Origin: an uncultured virus (IMG/VR IMGVR_UViG_3300030102_006999)
Lineage: Duplodnaviria; Heunggongvirae; Uroviricota; Caudoviricetes
Virus record (IMG/VR): IMGVR_UViG_3300030102_006999
Length of the DNA: 64,000 nt
Direction: 5' to 3' (one strand)
Below, one piece after another: positions 56,540 through 64,000 of the stretch. Position 1 is the stretch's first letter. Each line of letters starts with the position of its first letter. The position numbers were made by a program, and so were the translations under genes. Below the pieces are notes generated by a model. It made no database searches, had not been told where the DNA came from, and saw only the letters and a list, made by a program, of their open reading frames with translations.

Positions 56540-58810
56540 ATGTCGATCAATATGTTACAAGAATACACAAGGATAGCAAAATATGCTAAATATTTGCCAG
56601 AAAAAAACCGAAGAGAGACTTGGAAAGAGCAAGTAGATAGGGTTTTTGATATGCATACTCAAAAATTTGAGCATGTAGATGAAATCGAAAGCTTTATTGA
56701 AGAAGCCAAAGCCGCTGTTCTAAAGAAAGAAGTTCTAGGCTCCCAGCGAATACTTCAATTCGGCGGAGAGCCTATATTTAAGCATAACGCTAGGGTGTAT
56801 AATTGTAGCTTTGGCCACATTAATAGGGTCCGCGCTTTTCAGGAATTAATGTATTTGCTGCTTTGTGGTTGTGGTGTAGGTTTTTCTGTTCAAAAACATC
56901 ACGTTGCGCAGCTTCCGATTATTGCACGCCCTCCGACTATGGAATGGAAAAGCTATGTTGTACCGGATACTATTGAGGGCTGGGCTGATGCTATTGGCGT
57001 TTTAATCACAAGTTATCTGGGCGGAAACCCAGAGTTTGATGCATATATTGGCAAAAATGTTATTTTTGATTATTCTCAAATCCGTCCAGCTGGTGCTTCA
57101 CTATCTTCTGGTAGTAAAGCTCCCGGCCCTGATGGACTAAGAAGGTCAATCGAGAAGATTAAAGAAGTCCTTGAAAACCGCCTAGGTGACCAAGATCGCA
57201 TAAATATTCGCCCAATTGACGTGTACGATGTTATCATGCATAGTGCAGATGCAGTTATTTCTGGTGGAGTTCGCCGCTCTGCAACTATTGCACTGTTTTC
57301 TCCTGATGATGATGAGATGGCTAAAGCCAAAACAGGTAATTGGTTCATCGAAAATCCCCAACGCGGCCGCTCAAATAATAGTGCATTATTAGTAAGAGAT
57401 CAAACCTCTAAAGAGACTTTCAATAAACTTATGTCGTCTGTTCGAGAGTTCGGCGAGCCGGGATTCGTATGGGCTGAAAGCACAGAAATGGGATTTAATC
57501 CTTGTGTAGAGATAGGGTTGTATCCTGTAGATGATGAGACTGGCAAATCTGGCTGGCAGTTCTGCAACTTAACAGAAATCAATGGAAAGAAAGCCAATAC
57601 TCCGGAGAAGTTCTATGCAGCATGCCGAGCAGCTTCTATAATTGGCACTCTTCAATCTGCGTACACTAGTTTTCCGTATGTTGGAGAAACAACAGAAAAG
57701 ATTACTCGCCGCGAAGCGCTCCTTGGTGTATCGATTACAGGCATGATGGACAATCCAGAAGTGCTATTTGATCCGCAAGTCCAACGCGCAGGTGCAAAGA
57801 TAGTAAAAGATACAAACAAACAGCTATCTCAAATTATTGGTATCAATCAGGCAGCGCGAACAACTTGCGTCAAGCCCGCAGGTTCTACTAGCTGTATTCT
57901 TGGTACGGCAAGCGGTATTCACCCTCATCACGCAAAACGATATTTCCGAAGAGTACAAGCGAATACTCAAGAAAACCCAGTGCAGTTCTTTAAAGGTGTT
58001 AATCCACGCGCCGTTGAGCAATCTGTTTGGGATCCAAACGGAGTGACAGAGGTTATCACATTCTTGTGCGAAGTTCCCGTAGGTGCGAAAACTAAAAACC
58101 AAATTGATGCTTCTAGCCTGTTGGAAAGTGTTAAGTTAACGCAACAAAACTGGGTTCGTTACGGAACAAATAAAGAACTATGCACGCAGCCTTGGCTAAG
58201 TCACAATGTATCAAATACGATCCACGTCAGGCCAGACGAATGGGATTTAATCGAAGACTACATCTTTAAAAATAGAAAATATTTTGCAGGAATATCTTTA
58301 TTGCCAGCTTCCGGCGATAAGGACTACCCTCAAGCGCCTTTCTGCGCTGTTCCTTATCCTAACGATATTTTGAGAGAGTACGGCCCCGGATCCTTTTTTG
58401 CTTCTGGGGTGATTGAATCCGCACTATTTGCTTTTGGGGGCGACTTGTGGGCCGCCTCCGACTGTCTTCTTGGTATGGGTGAGCCTCTAAATGATTTGGT
58501 TCCCATCAAAAGAGAGTGGGTCACAGCTGCAATTAAGTTTGCTGATAGTCACTTTGCGGGTGATGTTCGCAAGATGACATACTGTTTGAAGGATATTTAC
58601 AATCTTAAAATGTGGGAAAAGCTATCTCAAGAATATCAAGATGTTGACTGGACTTTGATGAGCGAGTTAGAAGACAATATTGATTTTCAACAAGACTCTG
58701 CTTGTGCAGGCGGCGCCTGCGAAATGCCAGCAGAATACTTGGCTGCGCTAAGAGATACACAACAAGCAACAGAAGAATCAACTGGCTCAAATCAAGAGCT
58801 GAAGGAGTAA
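56540..58810 (+). CDS. nrdJ: Class II (adenosylcobalamin-dependent) ribonucleotide reductase
   Basis: RRETW, YNC, GCGVGFSV, GGVRRSA, NPCVEI, FCNLTEIN, TCVKPAG, C-terminal CAGGAC; no nrdB adjacent. Confidence 0.88.
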   Translation: MSINMLQEYTRIAKYAKYLPEKNRRETWKEQVDRVFDMHTQKFEHVDEIESFIEEAKAAVLKKEVLGSQRILQFGGEPIFKHNARVYNCSFGHINRVRAFQELMYLLLCGCGVGFSVQKHHVAQLPIIARPPTMEWKSYVVPDTIEGWADAIGVLITSYLGGNPEFDAYIGKNVIFDYSQIRPAGASLSSGSKAPGPDGLRRSIEKIKEVLENRLGDQDRINIRPIDVYDVIMHSADAVISGGVRRSATIALFSPDDDEMAKAKTGNWFIENPQRGRSNNSALLVRDQTSKETFNKLMSSVREFGEPGFVWAESTEMGFNPCVEIGLYPVDDETGKSGWQFCNLTEINGKKANTPEKFYAACRAASIIGTLQSAYTSFPYVGETTEKITRREALLGVSITGMMDNPEVLFDPQVQRAGAKIVKDTNKQLSQIIGINQAARTTCVKPAGSTSCILGTASGIHPHHAKRYFRRVQANTQENPVQFFKGVNPRAVEQSVWDPNGVTEVITFLCEVPVGAKTKNQIDASSLLESVKLTQQNWVRYGTNKELCTQPWLSHNVSNTIHVRPDEWDLIEDYIFKNRKYFAGISLLPASGDKDYPQAPFCAVPYPNDILREYGPGSFFASGVIESALFAFGGDLWAASDCLLGMGEPLNDLVPIKREWVTAAIKFADSHFAGDVRKMTYCLKDIYNLKMWEKLSQEYQDVDWTLMSELEDNIDFQQDSACAGGACEMPAEYLAALRDTQQATEESTGSNQELKE

Positions 58811-58813
58811 AGT

Positions 58814-59113
58814 ATGAAATTTTCACCATGTAATAGATATTTGCTGGTTGAAAGAAACCAACAACCCAACAAAACTGAGAGCTTAATTGAGCTACCCGAA
58901 GGTGCCTTTGGAACTTCAAACACTATCCATGAGAGGGTAAAAATTTTAGCAGTCTCTCCGGGCGTACGCCCACCAATTGCTGAAGGAAAAGATGCGATTG
59001 TTCTATCTCACATGATAGAACAAGTGGATTTTGGAGAAGAAACTGTCTATTTAGTACTGGAAAACCATATCTTAGGCCTATTGTCAGATACGGATGGAGA
59101 AAACAATAAATGA
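58814..59113 (+). CDS. GroES-like co-chaperonin
   Basis: MKFSPCNRYLLVE, I.LP mobile loop, ILAVSPG, YLVLENHILG; 99 aa. Confidence 0.75.
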   Translation: MKFSPCNRYLLVERNQQPNKTESLIELPEGAFGTSNTIHERVKILAVSPGVRPPIAEGKDAIVLSHMIEQVDFGEETVYLVLENHILGLLSDTDGENNK

Positions 59114-59271
59114 GTAATAAAGATTTTATGAATTTAATGAAAAGTCTCATTAAAGAAGAGATTGAACGAAGACAAATTCTGCTCGAAACTCCCAAGAGGG
59201 AAGACATCGATAAGCTTCTCACTGAAAAGATCAGCAGAATTCTTAATAGAGAAAAAACTGAAGCTGAATAA
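59110..59271 (+). CDS. 53-aa protein MSNKDFMNLMKSLIKEEIERRQILLE... (not in ORF track)
   Basis: SD GGAGA, ATG overlapping the end of the GroES-like gene, TAA 59269-59271; LIKEE motif. Confidence 0.55.
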   Translation: MSNKDFMNLMKSLIKEEIERRQILLETPKREDIDKLLTEKISRILNREKTEAE

Positions 59272-60133
59272 ACACATATTCGCTCACCCCTCGATAGTAA
59301 TAGGAGGGAGCATCGAGTCTTTTTTATATGCCGCCGAACACGGCTTTCCATGCATCTTTACTCGACCGCTCCCCCCTTTTATTTTTGATGACCTAGCATC
59401 ACCTATTCAAGAAATGGATACCAAATTAGAGGTTTGGCAAAAATATTTGGTAGCCTTGTCTCTGAACGGTCAGGCTCCATTCTCGGATAAGTGTGTTTCT
59501 ATTACGATAGAAGAAGATAATATATTGAAGGTCATTACATCAGGCTCTAGATTAGCAAGAATAAAGTTTGAAAACTTAATAATATTTGACGATTACAATA
59601 TCACAGGATTGCCATTTAAGAAAGGAACAACAAATGAAAAGAATAAAGTACTGGACTGGTTTCATGTTAGGTCTGGCATGGAGCATGATTACGATGTCAT
59701 CGAAACTGGTGACAACTTTATTGGAACAATTATTTTTTACCCCTCAAACAGATTTGGAAATCAGAAGACAGATCGAGTTCGAAAGGATCTTGTTGCGGTA
59801 TCGTATCTAGAAAATGATCAGTTATTAGACTTTGACTTCTCTGATACTATGGCTAGGTTTAAAATAACTAAGATAATGAAAGACCACGGAATCCGTGGCG
59901 CGAGAAACGGCAAAGACCTTAACAATCCAGATAAATATAAATATTATTCTGTAAAAATAGAGTCAGCCGACAGAGAAGTGATCTCGAATAATATAAACTT
60001 ATATGAAGATACTGATAATATAAAGTTTATACAAAATAAGTCATATGATATTTCTGTCCACAAGCCTGTGGATAATATTATTAAAATTTTAAATGTATTA
60101 AAGGGAAATACTATAGAGGAAAACTATTTATAG
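59258..60133 (+). CDS. Hypothetical protein, possible Rossmann-like N-terminus
   Basis: IVIGGSIESFLYA; start uncertain (CTG 59258/59264 preferred to TTG 59162). Confidence 0.55.
   Translation: MKLNKHIFAHPSIVIGGSIESFLYAAEHGFPCIFTRPLPPFIFDDLASPIQEMDTKLEVWQKYLVALSLNGQAPFSDKCVSITIEEDNILKVITSGSRLARIKFENLIIFDDYNITGLPFKKGTTNEKNKVLDWFHVRSGMEHDYDVIETGDNFIGTIIFYPSNRFGNQKTDRVRKDLVAVSYLENDQLLDFDFSDTMARFKITKIMKDHGIRGARNGKDLNNPDKYKYYSVKIESADREVISNNINLYEDTDNIKFIQNKSYDISVHKPVDNIIKILNVLKGNTIEENYL
60123..60132 (+). promoter_or_regulatory. Putative late promoter ACTATTTATA heading the small-gene cluster
   Basis: Same motif as before structural genes. Confidence 0.55.
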
Positions 60134-60134
60134 C

Positions 60135-60332
60135 ATGGGACACTTAGAAGACATTGGAGAGTCTTACTTGACTCATTGCCGTCATGCTCTGGTCTTGAGT
60201 TTTCGCCTTTTCCTGTCATCTATCGGACAGGCTTTGCACGCTTTTGTTCCAGATGCCCACCCACCACTCGGTTCTGATGTGAGATCTCTTATCTCATTTC
60301 TGGAATCAAAATTACCGGAGAATAGAAAATGA
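60135..60332 (+). CDS. Small protein, DUF6356-like
   Basis: HL...GESY..H...A.........HAF.P pattern. Confidence 0.55.
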   Translation: MGHLEDIGESYLTHCRHALVLSFRLFLSSIGQALHAFVPDAHPPLGSDVRSLISFLESKLPENRK

Positions 60333-60652
60333 AAATTACAAAGAAACAATTAATCAAATTGATTAAAGAGCAGGTAGAGCAAGAAGAGATTGAAGAAAAT
60401 ACCAAATATTTTTCTGAGCAACTGAAGAATACTTTGTCGCTACTGAACGCTGAAAGATCTGTAAAGCGGCGAAATGATTCCAAGGTTGAATATCATCCTA
60501 TTGGGGATCTTATTGGTCGTGCATACGAGTTGCTCTACTCAGAGGGTATCTATATCGAAGAAATTAAGGAATCTCTTCAACACTATATGCAATTTCTCCA
60601 ACTAGCAACAAAATTATCAGATGAGCTACAACAAATGGAGACAAGATCATGA
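60329..60652 (+). CDS. Small protein with MKITKKQLIKLIKE leader
   Basis: 107 aa; leader family. Confidence 0.75.
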   Translation: MKITKKQLIKLIKEQVEQEEIEENTKYFSEQLKNTLSLLNAERSVKRRNDSKVEYHPIGDLIGRAYELLYSEGIYIEEIKESLQHYMQFLQLATKLSDELQQMETRS

Positions 60653-60996
60653 AGATTACCAAGAGACAATTACGGAAAATTATTAAAGAAGAGGTAACAA
60701 GCATCATAGAAAATGATGATGATCAGCCCGAAGATGAATTAAACGAGGCTTGGCATTTCATGATGAACCTCCTCCATGAAATGGAAGGAAGCTACGGTCG
60801 ATTTGAGCAACCATCCAGCGACTCGTGGACCTCACAGAAAACCAAACTCGGCTTGAGTCCCTACGACCTTGAGGGCTTTGCACAGGATGTTCCCACATCA
60901 GGTAATATAAAAGAAAAATATTTAGAAGCATACGAGCACTATAAAAAATCTATAGAGAAGCTTGAAGCAGCTATCACGAAACTTAATGAGTATTAA
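60649..60996 (+). CDS. Small protein with MKITKRQLRKIIKEE leader
   Basis: 115 aa; leader family. Confidence 0.75.
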   Translation: MKITKRQLRKIIKEEVTSIIENDDDQPEDELNEAWHFMMNLLHEMEGSYGRFEQPSSDSWTSQKTKLGLSPYDLEGFAQDVPTSGNIKEKYLEAYEHYKKSIEKLEAAITKLNEY

Positions 60997-61030
60997 AACT
61001 ATCAAAACTTAAATAACTGGAGAATAGAAA

Positions 61031-61279
61031 ATGAAAATTACAAAGAAACAATTAATCAAATTGATTAAAGAAGAAATCTCGAATGTGCGAGAATCAGATG
61101 CTTATGATGCAATTGGTGCCGACTTAGATGTTGTCATGGCAAAACTTCCAATGGAAACTGTGATTGCGGTTGTTAAGGATTATCTTGAACCAAGAGATCT
61201 GTACAATCTTGTCATGGGAATGCCAGAAGTAGAGATGGAAGAAATTTACAATGCTTTGAGAGAACAAACTGGAGAATAG
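61031..61279 (+). CDS. Small protein with MKITKKQLIKLIKEE leader
   Basis: 82 aa; leader family. Confidence 0.75.
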   Translation: MKITKKQLIKLIKEEISNVRESDAYDAIGADLDVVMAKLPMETVIAVVKDYLEPRDLYNLVMGMPEVEMEEIYNALREQTGE

Positions 61280-61281
61280 AG

Positions 61282-61632
61282 GTGATATTTAAAGAGCCAA
61301 TCTTTGTAGAGAACAGCAAAATCCCAGCATTGTTAAGTTGGGTCATTGAGATTTGGGCTATCACTCTTTTTCCTTTCGTGTTTTGTAGGGGAGAACTTAA
61401 TGAGGTAACAAAGCGACATGAAACAATCCATCACCGACAGTACGTTGAATTGCTAGTTGTAGGATTTTTGCTTCTTTATCTCGTTGACTTCTTACATGGC
61501 TTGGTAAAATACAGAGATTCAGAAAAATCATACTTTAGAATTAGATTTGAACAGGAAGCATACGATAAGGATGCAGACTTAGGCTATCTTGATGATAGGC
61601 CTCTCTACGCATGGAGAAACTACAAGGTATGA
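61282..61632 (+). CDS. Membrane-associated zincin-like protein (HExxH)
   Basis: AITLFPFVF, RHETIHHRQ, TM segment, FEQEAY. Confidence 0.65.
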   Translation: MIFKEPIFVENSKIPALLSWVIEIWAITLFPFVFCRGELNEVTKRHETIHHRQYVELLVVGFLLLYLVDFLHGLVKYRDSEKSYFRIRFEQEAYDKDADLGYLDDRPLYAWRNYKV

Positions 61633-61991
61633 AACTCTTGCTTGAAAATTGGCGGAAGTATTTGAATGAAGGTGAAGAGTTTTTATATCACGCAACTTAT
61701 GATCCTTTATTAGACTCAATAAGGACAAATGGTCTCGGTGCCACCGGTAGAACTAACTGGGAAGATTCTAAGCCGGGAGTTGTTTATCTAGCATTAGATC
61801 CAAGTGTCGCCGAATCTTATGCTGAGACATCAGAAAAGGTTCCAGAAGAATGGCTTAGTCAAATTACTGTATTAAAGATAAAGGTTTCCGATCTAGATCC
61901 AGACAAATTATTTTCTGATGAAAATGTTATTGACGACCATGGTACTCTAGAATATCATGGAATCATCCCACCAGAGAACATAGGAAAGTAG
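61629..61991 (+). CDS. ADP-ribosyltransferase / Tpt1-KptA-like fold protein with MKLLLENWRKYLNE leader
   Basis: LYHAT, SI...GL, VYLA, A..YA, VLKI, IPPENI; start reassigned to ATG 61629. Confidence 0.65.
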   Translation: MKLLLENWRKYLNEGEEFLYHATYDPLLDSIRTNGLGATGRTNWEDSKPGVVYLALDPSVAESYAETSEKVPEEWLSQITVLKIKVSDLDPDKLFSDENVIDDHGTLEYHGIIPPENIGK

Positions 61992-62876
61992 TTGAGCAGT
62001 TTTCATTTAGCTGGCATCATTCCCGTAGCGGGCCAGCCCCTTGATTTTAAAATGGACTGGCATGATTCACTTATGCCCATCGCACCAGACTACCTTGCAG
62101 TTGAGAGAGCAGTCTTTGAATGCGCTTGGGCTGGATGCGAAACAATCTGGATTGTAGCCAACGATGATATGGCACCGCTTATCCGACATAGACTAGGAGA
62201 GTGGGTACAAGATCCTGTATGGATTGGTCGCAGCATGGACCCTTACCCATCACAGACAAGAAAAAGAATCCCAATTTATTATGTTCCGGTAAGAGCAAAA
62301 GACATCGGCAAGCGTGATTGTTTGGCGTGGTCTGTCTTACATGGCGCTGTGACAGCATTCGAAGTATCTGCAAGGTTAAGTAAGTGGATTATTCCAAAGA
62401 GAAATTATGTAGCTTTTCCTTATGGAATATATGATCCAGAGATTTTAAGAGAACATAGAAAAAATATTTCCCTTGACAAACCTTTCATGTTGAGCTATAA
62501 TAATAAGACAGTCCAAGATGGAGAATATCTTGGATTTACTTTTGATAAAGAAGATTTTATCAACGCGCGCCGCGAGATTAGAAAAGGCACAGGAGAATAC
62601 AATTCAGACATCCTCGAAGACGGATTATATCCCAGAGACAAGCTACCAAAAGAAGAAAGATGGTCTGCACGTTATTTTTCTCTTGACAAAATCTTCAAAC
62701 CTGTTATAATATATAAAGAAAACAAAGTAGAAGTCCCATGGTATCACAACATAGATTCTTGGGATGGCTATTGTAAATATCTGGGGTCAGAACATAGAGA
62801 GCTAGTTGAGAGGCCTCACCCAATCTTTATGAAATACCACGAGTGGAACGAAATAGGAGTAGATGATGAAGAGTAA
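61992..62876 (+). CDS. Nucleotidyltransferase-like protein (sugar-phosphate NTP transferase fold)
   Basis: LAGIIPVAG, LMPI, AGCETIWIV, W.NIDSWDGY. Confidence 0.6.
   Translation: MSSFHLAGIIPVAGQPLDFKMDWHDSLMPIAPDYLAVERAVFECAWAGCETIWIVANDDMAPLIRHRLGEWVQDPVWIGRSMDPYPSQTRKRIPIYYVPVRAKDIGKRDCLAWSVLHGAVTAFEVSARLSKWIIPKRNYVAFPYGIYDPEILREHRKNISLDKPFMLSYNNKTVQDGEYLGFTFDKEDFINARREIRKGTGEYNSDILEDGLYPRDKLPKEERWSARYFSLDKIFKPVIIYKENKVEVPWYHNIDSWDGYCKYLGSEHRELVERPHPIFMKYHEWNEIGVDDEE
62473..62501 (+). promoter_or_regulatory. Perfect consensus sigma70 promoter inside CDS
   Basis: TTGACA 62473-62478, 17 nt, TATAAT 62496-62501. Confidence 0.7.
62683..62710 (+). promoter_or_regulatory. Sigma70 promoter inside CDS, upstream of dnaE
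   Basis: TTGACA 62683-62688, 16 nt with TG, TATAAT 62705-62710. Confidence 0.65.
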
Positions 62877-63042
62877 AACAAAAGCACAATTACAGAAAGA
62901 GCTTTCAGAGCTTAATAAAGATGCTGAAAACATTCGCTATGCAGCGGGTCGATTGCGTCGTGATGTATTTGAGCTAGAACTATCGCCACAAGATCGAGGC
63001 GCGGTCATCGCTCTAATCGACACTTTCTTAAACACTCTATAA
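62863..63042 (+). CDS. 59-aa helical hypothetical protein (not in ORF track)
   Basis: SD AGGAG, MMKSKTKAQLQKELSEL...FLNTL, TAA 63040-63042. Confidence 0.55.
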   Translation: MMKSKTKAQLQKELSELNKDAENIRYAAGRLRRDVFELELSPQDRGAVIALIDTFLNTL

Positions 63043-63060
63043 TAAATCGGAGATATATAG

Positions 63061-64000
63061 ATGACAAAGATTCCATTCGTTGGGCTACACGCCCATTCGG
63101 TTGCTGGTTCAATTTTCGATGCACTTGGATATCCACAAGAGCATATGGACTTTGCCTATGAAAATGGCATGGATGCACTCGCACTTACAGACCACGGCAA
63201 CATGAATGGCTTGCCGCATCAAGTTCTGCATGCCAAGAAGATGAAAGAAGCGGGTAAAGAGTTCAAGCCTATCTTTGGTGTTGAAGCCTACTTTCTTCCG
63301 TCAATTGAGGACTGGAAGCAAGATTACGAAGATGCCAAGGCTGATAAGAAACGCAGCAAGACCCTAAGCAAAGACGTTACTGCCACAACAGTTGAGGATG
63401 AGGACGCATCCAAGAAGGCAGTTCGAAACATTCTTAACCGCCGCCGCCACCTTATTCTATTGGCACAAAACCAAGAAGGCCTTAACAACCTGTTCTCTCT
63501 TATCTCCGAATCTTTTGGTCCCGGTAATTATTACCGATATCCGCGAGTAGACTATCGTTTGCTAAAAAAGTATTCTGACGGCGTTATAGCGGCCTCTGCT
63601 TGTCTGGGTGGTGTCTACGCTGGTAACTACTGGGAAAACCGCGAGAACGGCGACGAGGCTGTCTTAAACGCCATGCGTGAAACTACAAAACAAATGGTTG
63701 ATATCTTTGGTGATCGATGGTACGGCGAGCTTCAATGGAACAATGTTCCGGAACAACATATCTTAAACAAATTCATCATTAAGATGCATGAAGAGTTTGA
63801 TATCGGCTTGATTTCCACATCAGACTCACACTATCCAAACCCTACGGCTTGGAAGGATCGAGAGCTATACAAGCGCCTTGGCTGGCTGGGCAAATCAAAG
63901 CCAGCATATGAGAGTTCTGAAATTCCTGACGGTGTTGAGGAGATCGGCTACGAGCTTTATCCTCGTAATGGGAATCAGATGTGGGATGCTTACAAAAAGT
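63061..64000 (+). CDS. dnaE: DNA polymerase III alpha subunit (PHP domain; 3'-truncated by the window)
   Basis: Hand translation: FVGLHAHS, ALALTDHGNM, KPIFGVEAY, HLILLAQNQEG..NL, YRYPRVD, SACLGG, TSDSHY. Confidence 0.93.
   Translation, partial: MTKIPFVGLHAHSVAGSIFDALGYPQEHMDFAYENGMDALALTDHGNMNGLPHQVLHAKKMKEAGKEFKPIFGVEAYFLPSIEDWKQDYEDAKADKKRSKTLSKDVTATTVEDEDASKKAVRNILNRRRHLILLAQNQEGLNNLFSLISESFGPGNYYRYPRVDYRLLKKYSDGVIAASACLGGVYAGNYWENRENGDEAVLNAMRETTKQMVDIFGDRWYGELQWNNVPEQHILNKFIIKMHEEFDIGLISTSDSHYPNPTAWKDRELYKRLGWLGKSKPAYESSEIPDGVEEIGYELYPRNGNQMWDAYKK

Larger units (their letters stand above)
60317..61071 (+). repeat. 53-bp exact direct repeat (60317-60369 and 61019-61071) covering SD plus the first 13 codons of two genes
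   Basis: GGAGAATAGAAAATGAAAATTACAAAGAAACAATTAATCAAATTGATTAAAGA in both copies. Confidence 0.95.
1..64000 (+). mobile_element. Segment of a large T4-like myovirus (jumbo-type phage) genome
   Basis: Terminase, portal, prohead protease, gp23-like capsid, sheath, tube, tape measure, gp32-like SSB and helicase are all present. All genes are co-directional. No integrase or host housekeeping block seen. Confidence 0.97.

Noticed and set aside
10464..58810. Inteins or group I introns in terminase, RecA, helicase or RNR
   Set aside because: Lengths are ordinary, motifs are contiguous, and no intein C/HN termini or homing endonuclease ORFs were seen.
1..64000. Stop-codon reassignment (alternative genetic code)
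   Set aside because: Core genes are full length in code 11, and TAA, TAG and TGA all end genes at sensible positions.

Overview
The window is a 64-kb segment of a large (probably jumbo) T4-like contractile-tailed bacteriophage genome. It is gene-dense and AT-rich, and every credible gene is on the + strand. In order it contains: putative baseplate/fibre-attachment proteins; RuvC-like resolvase, primase and a fused SbcD-SbcC (gp47-gp46-like) nuclease; a holin/spanin-like trio; terminase, portal, prohead protease, ribosomal protein bS21, scaffold, major capsid and neck genes; a YeaH(VWA)-SpoVR-PrkA/YeaG(AAA+) module coupled to the neck genes; two large fibre/decoration proteins; sheath, tube, a tail-assembly chaperone pair with a probable +1 frameshift, tape measure and baseplate genes; and a replication block (mini family-A polymerase, tubulin/FtsZ-like protein, gp32-like SSB, FKBP, RecA, J-domain protein, 5'-3' exonuclease, DnaB-like helicase, class II RNR, GroES, partial DnaE). 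Two promoter classes are visible: sigma70-type TTGACA/TATAAT sites, often buried in coding DNA, before replication genes, and an ACTAwTTA motif before structural genes. The most notable candidates are (1) a family of small late genes sharing a duplicated N-terminal MKITKxQLxxxIKEE / MKLLLENW..LNE leader, which looks like a modular capsid-targeting signal on unrelated payloads including an ADP-ribosyltransferase-fold domain, (2) the PrkA-YeaH-SpoVR system embedded in the virion-assembly operon, and (3) several RNA structural elements. All product calls come from motif recognition by eye, not database searches.
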